DNA of 64,000 bases from Gracilinanus agilis (lineage: Eukaryota): positions 476,229,058-476,293,057 of the forward strand of contig NC_058133.1 in NCBI RefSeq assembly GCF_016433145.1, written 5' to 3'. Within the stretch, counting starts at the first letter, position 1. Every line of letters starts with the position of its first letter. The notes beneath the pieces were generated by a model. The model ran no database searches and was not told where the DNA came from. It saw only the letters and a program-made list of their open reading frames with translations. Made by a program: the position numbers and the translations under genes. Positions 38,408-51,145 of this stretch are shown piece by piece.

Positions 38408-38987
38408 GGCCCCTGACCTCCCAGGCGCCCCCCCTCAGCCCAGATCCCGGGGGACCGCCCCTGCCATAGGCCTTCTCCTCCCGCTCCGCTGGGATGCGTA
38501 TCGCCTTCTCCGGCGCCGGATTCTAGAGTAGCCGGCTCGGTTGCTGTCGGAGGCCAGGAAGACGCAGGGAACTGCTGCGGGCCTAGAGGCGTCTTCAAGA
38601 GCACGGGTGGACCAGCTTCCCACCCCAGCCCGAGCGGAAGCTGCCGCCACCCATGCAAGGTCCAAGGCCAGAGGACAAGCCCAAGCCCTCCAGTTTAAAG
38701 ACCACCAGATCTCAGGAGACACTGGGCAAGACTTGGGTTCCCAGAGAGCTGCGGGACCAAAATGCACGCTGGGAAATGTAGTCCCTTCTCCTCGAAGCCA
38801 ATCAGATGGAGCCGTGGAGAAGATGCTCCCGCATCCCCGGAAGCATCAGTCCCGGAAGCACGAAAGCAACCAACCCAAAAATACCGTTCCCCGCCCCGCC
38901 CCCGCGGAAGCTACGGTGGCTGTGAAGGCGCTAGAGTCTGGGTAGAGGACCTGCTATATTTTGTGGAAGAGGGTTCTGATAGACACT
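38408..38987. promoter_or_regulatory. CpG-island bidirectional promoter of LYSMD1 and SCNM1
   Basis: Head-to-head ATGs 580 bp apart. ZNF143-type CTGGGAAATGTAGTCC at 38769-38784, CCAAT at 38798, tandem ETS/GABP CCGGAAG at 38837 and 38852, GC boxes at ~38889-38903. Confidence 0.85.
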
Positions 38988-41900
38988 ATGTCCTTCAAGA
39001 GGGAGGGGGACGACTGGAGCCAGCTCAATGTGCTCAAGGTGAGAGTGGACAGTTATCGCCCCTGAGATGACCCTTGCCCGTTGCCTCGGCAACTCTAAGG
39101 GGCGGGGCTGTGCGGGGTAGGTAGAAGAGGGAAAAGGGAAAAGTGATTTGGGGAGGGGTTGAAGAGGGGAGTACTGATGGGAAGGTGGGGAGGGGAACAG
39201 GGTAGAAGGCGGCGCCCTCATTCTCTTCTTCCGGTATACCACACAAGAGCCAGAACTAGGGTGGGACACTCATGGCTTTAACTCAGACGAGGAAATTTAG
39301 ATGGATGCCACTTCTGTCTTAAGCACTTATTTTGTACTTCTTTGACTTTCTCCACCATTCCGCCTGTATATCCTTGTGGAGAAATTGCATTCGTCTGGCC
39401 AGAACCTATAGGCCTTGGTACACCCGCATCCTTATCTATACCCTTTGTCCCTCTGATTGGAGGGCAGAGATAGAGGAAATGGAACAGACATCCCATTAAG
39501 CAGCTTTCATTTTGTACTTGACACCTCCCAGCTCCCCACTTATCAGCTTTCTTTTGTGTGTTGTCTTCACCCATTAGGTTGTAAACTCCTTGAATAGATT
39601 AGATTAGATTCCCCTATTAGCTTATAAACTTTTTCATATTTGTATCCATGTCACTTAACACTGTTTGTGGCACATAGTGTAAAGGTTAAATTTAGTGGTT
39701 GGACTTAAATTATGTGAAATAAAGACGTCGATGAAGTTATTATACCCCAAGTCAGAAGTTTATTTACAAAATAGAATGGAAACTATAAAGTAGGGAAATG
39801 TGAGAGAGGTTAGAGACAATACCTATACTAGTCCTCAGCCAGGAGGGCTGGTAGTGAGTAAACTACAAGGCCTCCTCCAAGATGGAAGCTAATCTCTTAG
39901 GAAACTAGTCAGCCCTTTTCATTCACCCAATGAAGTAGTCCAGGAGTCAGAATCCAAGACAATCTCCTGGAGACACTCTCCACTAGACTCAACTTCACCA
40001 GGTTGACTCCTCAGGGATTTCCTGGCTTTTATGGTGGTTTCCTGTTCCTGCCCCTTTTCACAGGAGCCAACCACAATTTCCAAATTGTCCAGCCCTGCCC
40101 AGGGGCAGTGTCTGTGGGATTGCCTTCTCACCTTTAAAGGTATTAACTCTTCTAGAACTCACACATTTCTGAGTTGTCATCCAGTTTGGATTGCATGTTA
40201 CTGAGTTATTACCCAGTTAGCACCTGGGTTGCACTTACTTAAGTATGGGCTTGTTCAATTTTTTTGATTAATTCAAAAGTAGACAAAGGAAAGTTAATCC
40301 CATCCTCACAATCTAATGAGGTACTAAGTAGGGGTACTTAAGTTATTTTTAGCCAAAAGCTTTAACTCAAACTAGGCAAAGAGAACAAAGGATTCCTTTT
40401 TTACAAGTGTAAACTCAGAATAGACAAAGAGAACCAAGAATTTCTTTTCACAGGAGCTTAAATGTTTATTGACCATTGATTGACTTTACAGGCAGGTCAC
40501 AGACAAACTAAGGACTTAAATGTAAAAACAGACATTGTCCTTCTCTTTCTCAAATTATTTAACATATGTGGGCAGCACTTCCCTCTTATTCACCTAACTT
40601 CTGCCCTGGATACCCTTTTAAAATTTTCTCTATTGTGCTGGTTTAGCACATCCAAAAATATTGCACACAAATCTCTTTAGAGAACTTTTTGGAGGCAAAA
40701 CTTTAACAGATTTATCGAACAAATTGCAATTTCATTCTGAAGTTTACAGCTCATTTCCTTCCTAGGGCAGAGAAGGGAGCCATCTAAGGTAGGAAAGTCT
40801 TCATGTAATTTGCCTTGGCTCCTAGCAAGTCCTAGGTAAGGCTTGAGCTTCTGCTGCAAAATAAACAGAAATTAGCAACAACAACAAAAAGTTTTCCCTC
40901 CATCTCCCAACAGCCAAAGAAGGAAAATTTTCCAGAGCAGTCTAAAAAGCTTTAGTTATCAGTGGTCCCCAAAGACATGATAGCAGGAGTGAGGTTACTG
41001 TGGTAAGATGAAGGGGGTGTCAAATGAGATGGGGTTGAAGATTCTGAATCCAAATTCAGAAATCTAGCATACTTGTTCCCAGATTTCCATATTCCTATGT
41101 CTCTATATCCCAGGTTTGAGGTAGAATACTTCCTCTCCCTCTTCTACTACCCTTGGTGTTCCTATGGTAAGGAGGTGAAATATCAGAAGTCTTGGAGTCT
41201 CATTGAGATGTGGTGGGGGAAGCATAGGCTGTTCCCTGGAGGATAAACCTTGCCTCCCCTGACATAATTGTAGCTCACAGGAAATATGGTTATGGCCCAA
41301 CAGGAATGATGACTGTACCCCTGAGGTAGGATCTCAGGGCCTTCACTTACAAAATAAAGGCATCCATGGACTGGCCCCACCTAACTTCCTTCCCCAGGAC
41401 TGGCCTTTGGCCTACTGGTCTTCCCTAATTTCTCCCCTGCCCACCTACCCCCTTGACCTTGGCACCAGAATTCCTGGTTACAACATTGGACCACACCTTG
41501 CCTACTCATTTTCTAGAAGCGGAGAGTTGGGGACTTGCTGGCCAGTTATATTCCAGAAGATGAGGCATTGATGCTTCGAGATGGACGGTGAGATCTAGGA
41601 AAGGTCAGACTTGAGGAGATAACCAAGGGGATGATGAGAAGACTATATTAGTTCCTAAAACCTTTGGGCTCCAGGAGAGGGAAGGAGAGTGGTAAGTGAT
41701 GGGGGGCGGGGGACAGGGGACTGGAAGAATCTATGGGGTGGCAAAGGAATAGGAAGACCTAGGAAGGAAGAAGAGAAGAATAGTATTGAGATTATCAAAA
41801 GCAAAAGTACCTGTGCTTATTGCAACTTTTACCCTTCTTTCCCCTCCAGATTTGCCTGTGCTGTCTGTCCCCACCGACCTGTATTGGACACATTGACCAT

Positions 41901-44900
41901 GTTGACTGCCCACCGTGCAGGGAAGAAGCACTTGGCTAGTAAGTTAAAGGGTGAAAAGCAGAGAATTATGTTAACAGAGCCTTCCTGAGCCATGCTGATA
42001 GCCCCTTCTCTATCAGGCCTGAAAGATTTCTATGGCAAGAAGCAACAGTGGAAAAGAGAAGAACAGAATCCAAAACAGCAGGAAGAATGGAGAACCGAGA
42101 AGTCAGGGGACCAGGTAACTGAGAAAGGGAGATTTGTCCCAGGAAGAGCTTCCATCCCAGGAGATTTGAAGTATCTTATTCCCCTAGGTCTAAGAGTATT
42201 GGTTTATCTCTTCTTTCCATCAGGCTCCTCTGCTGACCCAGACTCGTTTAATCACCCAAAGTGCCCTACGCAGAGCTCCAAATTATAACAGTTGCTGTCG
42301 ACGGCAGAAGAACAGGTAATTTTGGATAGAAGAGAGAAAGAAACAAAGTAAAATGAGAGGATGGAGGCAGGAAAATGGCAGCAGTGATTATAGAAGAACA
42401 AGGAAATTAGAGGAATAAGATAGTGAGAAAAGAGAAGGCTCAATAGGGAGAAATCCGTTTAGAAGCATTTATTACTAGACTAAAAACCCGACAAGGACAG
42501 GGATTTTGTCTTAACTTTCTATTTCCTCCAGCATCTAGCACAGAGGATGCATAAAGTTAAATGAAAAATTTTAGTAACAAAAAGATGTGAAGACAAGGGA
42601 ATATCAAAGGGCGAGAATATGGGAAGAATAATCGTAGTACAAACTTTGGGTATGGGTAGGCAAAAGGATTAATAGTAGTTGCTTCTGAGATAGGAAAAAT
42701 AGAAGGTTTCTTCCTGGTATGTCAGGGAGAGAACATGACTGATTCTATCACTCCCCAACATTGTAAAAGAAAAAATCCATTACAAATTTGTATAGTTATC
42801 CACATTACTCATGTCCAGAACAAAAAAAGAAAGAAGAAAACACCTCAGTTTGTACTCCCAGGTCATCTCTCTCCATCTGGAGAAAGATAGCATGTTTCAG
42901 CATGAGTCCTTTGGAATTTTGTTTTGTCATTGTGTCCATCAGAATCTTTCATTGCTGATTATCTTCATGATATTGCTGTTATATAAATAAATTCTCACTT
43001 CACTTTGCAACAGTTCATACAAGTCTTCCCAAGCTTTTCTAAAACTATCCACTTCATCATTTCTTACAGAATGATAATATTCCATCAAATTCATATACCA
43101 TAACTTGTTTAGCCATTCCCTAATGGATGGGCAGTTTCCAGTCCTTTGCTCCCACAAAAAAAAATGTTACTATAAATATTTTTAGATATGAGTTCTTTTT
43201 CTTTTTCTTTGATCTTTTTGGAATATAGACCTAGTAGCAGTAACCCTGGGTCAAAGGTATGTACAGTTTAATAGCTTTTTAGGCATAGTTCCAAATAGCT
43301 TTCCATAATGGTCAGACTAGTTAACAGCTCTACTAATATCATATTAGTGTATCTGTTTTCCCAAATCCCCTCTAACATTTATCATTTTCCTCTGTTGTCA
43401 TTTTAGCTAATGAGATGGTGATGTTTTAATTTTCATTTCTCTAGTAATTATTGATTTACAGCAGTGATGAGCAAACTTTTTAAAGAGGGGGCCAAAGGAA
43501 AGGAAATGCTCATCTGTCAGTCTGTTTCTAAAGCAATTCTTTTGAAGTTTCATTGTATTGTATTATATCCTACTCATTGTATTCGTCAGATTAGGGATAA
43601 TGTTGTGCAGCCCTTGCGTGACCAGATAGAACATTTCAGGGGGCTGCATCTGGCCCACAGGCCGTAGTTTGCCCATCACTGATCTAGAGCAATGATGGTG
43701 AGCCTTTTAGAAACCAAGTGCCCAAACTGCAATTCTCACACCGCATATGATCTACCCCACCTCACCCCTTACCCCAGATAGGGGAGGGAGGAAGCGCTCC
43801 CATTGGGCTGTTGAGCAGAGTGGGGGGGCAGGTCATGTGAGAAATGTCCTCAGATAGGAGTGGAGAGGGGAAAGGGAGCAGCCTCCTTGAGCATGCTCTG
43901 ATACACATGCCATAGGATCGCCAACATGGATTTAGAGCTTATTTTCATATGCCTATTGACATCTTGGGCTTATTTCTCTGCAAACTGCTTATTCATATCC
44001 TTAGACCATTAGTAAGGGAATGGCTCTTAAGTCTTGAAAATTGAGACTCATTTCCCTGTTTATTTTAGAAATGAGACCTTTAGTACCACCTCACACCTAG
44101 CAGATTGGCTAAAATGAAAGAAGGGGAGAGTAATAAATGTTGCAGGGGATGTGGCAAAATTGGGACATTAATGCATTGCTGGTGGAGTTGTGAAATGATC
44201 CAACCATTCTGGCTGGCAATTTGGAATTATGCTCAAAGGGCTATAAAAGAATGCCTGCCCTTTGATCCAGCCATACCATTGCTGGGTTTGTACCCCAAAG
44301 AGATCATAGATAAACAGACTTGTACGAAAATATTTATAGCTGCACTTTTTGTGGTGGAAAAAAACTGGAAAATGAGGGGATGCCCTTTAATTGGGGAATG
44401 GCTGAACAAGTTGTGGTATATGCTGGTGATGGAATACTATTGTGCTAAAAGGAATAATAAACTGGAGGAGTTCCAGGCGAACTGGAAAGACCTCCAGGAA
44501 CTGATGCAGAGTGAAAGGAGCAGAGCCAGAAGAACATTGTACACAGAGACTGATATACTGTGGTAAAATCGAATGTAATGGACTTCTGTACTAGCAGAAA
44601 TGCAATGACACAAGACAGTTCTGAGGGATTTATGGTAAAGAACACTACCCACATTCAGAGGAAGAACTGCAGGAGAGGGAAACATAGAAGATAAACAATT
44701 GCTTGAATGCATGGGCTGAGGCGGACATGATTGGGGATGTAGACTCGAAACTACCACACCAATGCAACTATCAACAATATGGAAATAGGCCCTGAACAAG
44801 GACACAAGTTACAACCAGTGGAAATGTGCGTTGGCCATGGGTGGGGGGAGAGCGGGGAGTGAAGGGGAAAGTACGGGTATGAAGCATGTAAACAGGTCAA

Positions 44901-45653
44901 AAATGAATATTAATAAATGTTTAAAAAAAAAAAGAAATGAGACCTTTATAAGAGAAATTTGATGCAAAGATTTTTTCATTTCCTTCTTTTCTTTTAATTT
45001 TAGTAGCTTTGTTAGTTCAAAAGCTTTTTCATATTATATACTCAAAAGAATCCATTTTATCTCTTCTTTATCTCTTGTTTGGTTATGAATTCATCCCTTC
45101 CCCATAGATCTGATAGGTAATTTTTTCTGTGTTCCATATTTTGCTTATGATACCTTTATGTCTAAATTGTGTGCCCATTTGGAGTTTATCTTGGTATATG
45201 AATACCTTAAACTTTGTTCCTTCTCACTCAGACCAGAAACTCCTTCGCCCTCAGCTCCCCACCCTTCATTCAGGCCCCCACAGATTGATGAACCCTCAGA
45301 CAAGAAGGCTGGTACAGCACCTGAGTCTGGGGGTGATATAAAGACTAAGGATTCAGCAGCAGCCCCAACCCCTGTACCCTTGAGTCCTGCCAGACGAAGA
45401 GCATTGGACCATTATCTGACTCTGCGCAGGTGAGTGGCCTCATGCATTGCTTTTCTTCCTCTTAGTCTTGTTTTCTTCTCTACTGCCTTCTCTCTCTCTC
45501 TCATCACCCTCATCCCTCATTCTGACCAAACGTATTTTCTTTGATCTTTTCAGCTCTGGTTGGCTCCAGGATGGAAGAGGTGGATGGGTAAAAGATAAGA
45601 ATGTAGAATTTGATTCTGATGAAGAGGAACCCCCAGATCTACCCTTAGATTGA
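38988..45653 (+). CDS. SCNM1: Sodium channel modifier 1 (zinc-finger minor-spliceosome factor); join(38988..39038,41517..41587,41850..41938,42017..42114,42224..42315,45232..45429,45554..45653), 232 aa
   Basis: MSFKREGDDWSQLNVLK|KRRVGDLLASYIPEDEALMLRDGR|FACAVCPHRPVLDTLTMLTAHRAGKKH (C2H2)...EFDSDEEEPPDLPLD*. All introns GT-AG; 699 nt in frame; AATAAA at 45685 and 45862. Confidence 0.96.
39678..40452 (-). mobile_element. ERV solo LTR in SCNM1 intron 1
   Basis: TGTAAAG...TTTTCACA termini; minus-strand CATAAAAG (~40026-40033) and AATAAA (39759-39764). Related to the LTR at 13169; it splits an older SINE/L2 tail. Confidence 0.75.
43462..43681. mobile_element. hAT MITE with OposCharlie1(OC1)-like TIRs, 220 bp
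   Basis: TIRs CAGTGATGAGCAAACT / AGTTTGCCCATCACTG; 8-bp flanks ATTTACAG / ATCTAGAG. Confidence 0.85.
43690..43929. mobile_element. Second hAT MITE (different family), 240 bp, directly adjacent
   Basis: TIRs CAATGATGGTGAGCCT / AGGATCGCCAACATGG; 8-bp TSD ATCTAGAG / ATTTAGAG. Confidence 0.82.
44083..44932 (+). mobile_element. Younger 5'-truncated L1 nested in the older L1
   Basis: Perfect 16-bp TSD AGAAATGAGACCTTTA (44067-44082 and 44933-44948). The ORF2 C-terminus is open for 153 codons (CCRGCGKIGTLMHCWWSC). Confidence 0.92.
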
Positions 45654-46371
45654 TACCCTTCTACCTCCCTCTCTATTTCATTTAAATAAATCAGAGAAGA
45701 TGCTAGAAACCTAACTTCTTTCTTCCTCTAAGGTCTGGCTCTGTGTACCATACAACAATATCAGGTTCTTTTAGCCCTGCAGGCTGCACAATTCCCTAGA
45801 CCACACCCATCCCTTCCAGAGCCATGCCAAGCGTCAGCTGCACCCAGCCTTTTGCCCTATTAATAAAGTGTATGGGGCAGGACTCTGCCCTTTGAGTTGT
45901 CAGAAGCGTTTCCTACGTCTACTCCCCCTGCCATCTCCTCCTATTTCCACAGGGGCTTTTCCTGCTTTTCAGCTTGGCCAAATTTAGGAAGTACTGATGT
46001 AACTAGGCACTGAGTGGAAATAAAGAGAAGGGTGTGTGTTTGTGTGGGGGGTGGGGGGGTGGGGGGGTGGGAGGTGGTGTCAGAGGCATAAGAGGACTGG
46101 TAAAGGGAAGGATTTCTCCCTCCCCTTAGTGGTAACCTGAGCCTAGAACCTGCTGATCTCTGGGGTATAAATAATCCCCTAGTGAACTGGCAGACACCCT
46201 GGGAAGGGGGTAGTGTTTAATGCCAAGATCACCCGCACACATACACTTTCCCAGTCCCAGGCCAAGGAAAGAGGCAGGTGAAGTGGGCAAAAAGACCTTT
46301 ATTTACAGGAAGGGGAGATGGGAATTCCAGCATCCAGGGGTCCCAGCTTTAAATGACAGGGAAGAACAGCA

Positions 46372-49300
46372 TTATGTCTTCTTCTGCTGTCGACCTATAC
46401 AGGTAGGAAAAATAAGAAATAGGTCTGTATTTGCTTTGATCCTGCTCTTGCTTTGATCCCGTTCAGGAGAATAATCTTTCTTTGGTTGTTTCCTCCCCAA
46501 GAACTCCTGGGAAGATAGCACCTTAGAACATCTACCTTCTGGGCTCCCCTATTCCCCTTATAAAACTGCCCTCCGCCTCCCAGGATCTGCTCTCTGGACA
46601 CTTATATTGCCTAGGGATCTGTGTGGAAGTAATTTCATCAGAGAGATGAGGGCAGGCAGGAAGCCAAGCTTATGGACTGGAAAGAAATGCAGAAGGCGAG
46701 AGCTTGCTCATGTATGAGATCACGGAATAAGGGATAGACAGCCCCTACATTCCATTGGTATATAGCCCTGCAATGACAAGATGTCTAAAGGAAGCACATT
46801 AGCTGGACTGTCTGAATGATTTACTGAAGGACATGGACTAAGTCCCAAAGGATAAGAAATGACTGGGTTTTGATCTGTACAGTTGAAGGGAGATCACAAA
46901 TCCATCAAAGGCTCAATGTGTACAGGAAGTACCTTATCCACTACTTGGTTAGCCACTCAAAACCATCTGTGGAAAGAGCATGGCTCCTCAAATTTCTGTT
47001 GGAATTTCCTGAGTCAGCCACTTACTGAATTTAATGTAGGAAGAACTAACCCTGAAAGGTCCCCTCCTCCCTCCAACTCAGTGGTCACTCACGTAATTCA
47101 TTGTTGCGGGTAACTGCTCGAGCTGCCCGAGCCCGAGGTCCTTGCTGTGTGAAATGGTATCCAAATCGTACTATAGATGGACAGTGCTCCAGCATGGCAG
47201 CCATCTCCATCTCTACAGCATCACCTGGCCAGTGACGCTGGAAGGTTGAGGGCAGGGGCAGGGGTCATTGACATGGAGGGAATAGAGGCCCTTCTGGTCA
47301 TTGACTATCACCCGCTCTGGTCATTGACTATCACCCCAAGGTTACTGGCATCTCTGAGAGGTCGGGAGTAAGGGTGTTCCAGAGCTGGGATAGTCGAGGG
47401 TGCCATCTTGATTCTTTAGGGTTTGGGAAAGAGGAGATGTCTTGGAGGATGGTATTAACCTGGTTATCCACCCTTAGCTCAGTAAGTGTGGAATTCTCCC
47501 GAACAGCCTTTAGCACAGCCATGAGCCCTGCACTACTGATGAAGTTGGATTCAATGTTGAGGCTCTGAAGGCTCCGATTCTCCCGCAACATCTCAGCTAT
47601 AGCCTGAAGGACAGGAACGTGGGGTGGAGTGAGCAAATGTCACTGGGAGCAGAATGAACGAGGAGTAAATGGAAAACAAGTCTCTGGGAGGGATACTGGA
47701 GGACAAGGAAGGCAGAGTGGAGCCCAGTGAGACAAAATGAGAGGAAAAAAGGAACATAGTATAGTTCTTGAGGAGAGAGGGGTTTTGTGTAACTCATAGA
47801 CTCATAGACTTTGAGCTGGAAGGTACCCTAGAGGTCATGAGTCCTTTCATTGCTATGGCCTGGGTCAGTTCTCAGGCTGGGGAGAAACATGCCATTCTGG
47901 GAAGAGAATAGGTTGGTTCTTGTGTGATCCCTTCATCTTTTCAACTGTAAAATGGAGTTGGGACTAGAGTACCTCTGAGATCTTTCCTTCTAACCATATA
48001 AGCTTATGATTTCATGTATTTGGCGGTAATAAGAATGGGGAGACGGGACAATTAAGGGGAAAGGAATCCAGGGGTAGGGTAGGGGGTATACTTCGGGGTT
48101 CAAGCTGAGATGAGAGGAATGTAATTAAGATAAGTCCCCAGGACTCACATTGGCTACAGGGTCACCACTTCGTGTAGCTACTAGGCTGAACCTCCGGACA
48201 TAGGTATTCCCCTTCATTGCCTGGCACAGCTCAGTAATAGTGGGTGCCGCAATGTCCTATCAGTCAGAAAGGAGATATTCAGGTTTCTCTCCTTAATGAG
48301 GCCTTCTCTTGGAATGAATCATTTTCCTTGGGGGTGGAATCAAATCTAGCACCTGCATATTATTGAGGTTCACCTCCTCCAGCCCCTGGTCATTGCTCTG
48401 AATCCTCTTCAACGTCTCCTCAATGTCCGTAGGGTTTGGTGGTTCATCTGGTACTGGCTTGTATTTGTCAGGCTGTACCACACCTAGAAAGTGTGGAGAG
48501 GAAGGGGGAATCCCCCATGTTCCCCCATCCCTGCTACCGTACTATTCCTGTTGGCCCTTATGCCCACCCTTCTGTCCTCACTGCAGTAGCCCCCCTGGTT
48601 TTCATGCCAAGCACTTAGCATACACTTACTGGTGATTCCTTCAGTGTTGCAGATTTCTCCACTGCAGATGGCATCGTAGTACTGTTTGTTGCTCATCAGT
48701 GTGTACATCCCCAGAATGGCTAGAGGATAGTAATGGGAACACATGGGAGAAGGAGGAGGAGTGATAACAATATACCTCCCACACATCTTCCTGGCATTGA
48801 GTCTGGGGGCAGGGGAGGGGAAGAAGATGTGGCCTCAGCCTAGCCAGGATTGATAACTCCTCTCGTGATTAGCCTAGGATGTTTCCTAGCCCCTGTCCCA
48901 CACCCTATTAATTCAATGTTTTCTTCTTTCCCCACATGCCTCATGACCAGTCCCACCTCTTTTGACCCCAGGTTGCCCACCTGCAATGTCACACATTTCA
49001 GCATCTGTGGCTTTGGCCAATGCCTCCTCTAACTCAGGTTCCAAAGTGATCTGTTCTTCCGCAGGGATTTCCCTCTTAGGTTGGATGAATGGTTTCCCTG
49101 GCAGAGGGATGGAAGTCAGCAAAGGGAAACATTTTTTCTAGCCTATAACTTTGGTTTCCTGCCTGCCCTCACCCTCCCTACCCAAGCTCCGGCATTTCCT
49201 AGGTCCTCTATAAGAAGATCTGGGTCTCCTGTCAGGCTGGGTATTGGCAACGCCTAAACTCTGGTTAGTACAGAGGAGTAAATGCCTAGAGTCTAGAATG

Positions 49301-50112
49301 TCAAGATACGTGGGACTCAGAGCTGAGAGGAAAGATGGCTTTCCTGGGAAAAATGGAAGACTTAGAGAATAGCATCTCTGGGTCTCTATGGCAACAAGAG
49401 GGAGGAATTCAAGGTCTGGATGTTGGGATTTCTCTTCCTCTAACCTCCAGTGGAGTAGTACTTCACAGAACCCAAGGAATATGGAATGGCTGGACTACAG
49501 GGTTTGCAAATGGGAATGATGGGCCTGAGGGAGAGGGGGGAAATGGGGACTTGTGAATGATACAGAATGAAGTAATAGCAGGGTGAGAGGCCGAGTGCCC
49601 CACTAAGGTTCTTGTACCCTTCTTCTCTCCTGTGAAGGGCACCAGGTCATCTCGCTCCTTAGTCTCCAAGGCTTGCCGTTCCAGGTGCTGCATCAGGGCT
49701 TCCCGGTCCAGGGGCCCTGTAGGGCTCTTCTTTGTCTGGTCACGTTGCCTGAGCCCGGCTGGCAGGAGCATGTTCTTGGGAGGGAGTAGGAGTAGGGGGG
49801 AAGTACCAGCTCAGACTCCCCACCCCCAAATTTGGGACACCCTTAGGGTTCCCTGAAGCCTCTTTAAATCCCCCTTCTGACCCCCTCGGTCTCTGGGATT
49901 CCCCGTCCCACCTCCCTAGAGTCTAGAACCCTGAAGGACGTTCTTCAGGTCCCCACTGTGTAGACCATCTTCCCGTCCAATGGCCTTACTTCAGGGTCCA
50001 TTTCCTGTAGCTCAGCGTCCAGCTGCTCCAGCTCCTCGGGGCTCAGGCTTCTCAGGATCTCATCTTCATCAATGTCCTTATACTTTTCCAGTTCTTTCCG
50101 GTAGGATGACAT
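46372..50112 (-). CDS. TMOD4: Tropomodulin-4; complement(join(46372..46394,47093..47237,47460..47603,48149..48256,48353..48483,48630..48719,48981..49097,49618..49774,49990..50112)), 345 aa
   Basis: [20 protein letters not shown]...[20 protein letters not shown]...[18 protein letters not shown]...RRQQKKT*. Nine coding exons total 1038 nt with consistent phases; minus-strand AATAAA at 46298-46303. Confidence 0.97.
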
Positions 50113-50299
50113 GGTGTTCCACAGAGCCTAGGAAACATGGGGGAATTGTTGGACCAAGAGAGATGATGGGCGAAGGAAGGGAAAGTGACAGGATGCTTGG
50201 GGGAGGCAGGAGGCAGGAGGCAGGAAGAAGTGACGGCTTTCCCTCCCTGCTTCTCCAGCTTCCTTTTAGCCCAGATGAGGATCCCCAGCATTCAGGCTA

Positions 50300-50600
50300 G
50301 TACCCTATGGGAAGGAGCCCTGGCAGCAGCCCACACACCCAGCCCACACCCTCGCCGCCCGTCAGCACCTCTCCTGCCCCTCTCCCCCCCAACACAGCTG
50401 CTTGGGGCCCTGGCCAACATCTCTTGGGCCCCTGCCTAGTTCCTATGGAAGGTGGGGGGTGGAGAGCTTCGGGGAAATTCCCCCTCCCCCCTCTCAGTCA
50501 ATCCAGCCCCTTCCTTCGACAGGCCAGGGAGAGCCTGGAGGGCTGAGGGAATGGCAAGCTGGAGCCAGCTGCTCCTCTTTCCCCAGGCAATGGGGGCAGG
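50300..50600. promoter_or_regulatory. Candidate myogenic enhancer in TMOD4 intron 1
   Basis: CAGCTG E-boxes at 50395-50400 and 50566-50571 in GC-rich unique sequence of a skeletal-muscle gene. Confidence 0.35.
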
Positions 50601-51062
50601 CTTGGGGGAGCCCCCTCTGAAGCACAAGTCCTGTGCCTTTCAAGCGTGAGACTTCACAGAGAGCTGGGGCTCAGGGCCGAGGGAAACCCCAGGGACCCCC
50701 AGGATGGACCGGGCAAGGAAGCCGAGGCTGGAGGGTCGTGCCTGCCCTTAGCAGAAGGTGACACTGGCCCTCTTTGGGGGATGAGGGAGGAATGGCTTCA
50801 CGCCTTGTCATTTGGGGTCAGGTTCTTCCAGAAACACTGGGTGGGGGCCTAAGGCGGGGAGGGGAGACATGCCCGCACTTGTGTAGACCACCCAGAACCT
50901 CAGTGGTGGAGACACCCTGGGGGCTGGAAAGCCAGCCTGAGTGACGGACGGTGTGCCACACGGACACTGTGCTCCGGACTCCCCGGGGCTCTCCCACCCC
51001 TCCCGGGTCCCAGCCAGGCTCCCCCACACCCCGCGGATCCTGGCCGCCCCCTCCCCTCTCAC

Positions 51063-51145
51063 CTCCCCTTCTGTCGGTCTGTCTGCTCTGCCTGGGCACT
51101 GGCCGGGCGGCAGGAGGAGCCCTGTGCCGGGGGAGGGGGCAGGGG
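51063..51145 (-). other. TMOD4: Probable non-coding exon 1 of TMOD4 (5' boundary approximate)
   Basis: Minus-strand donor GAG|GTGAGA at 51062, AT-rich TATA-like element at ~51162-51176, and acceptor before the ATG exon at 50128-50129 (exon starts at 50127). Confidence 0.55.

Larger units (their letters stand above)
42690..45200 (-). mobile_element. Older L1 3' portion in SCNM1 intron 5, hosting two MITEs and a younger L1
   Basis: Antisense L1 3'UTR/ORF2 sequence that resumes after each insert. Confidence 0.75.
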
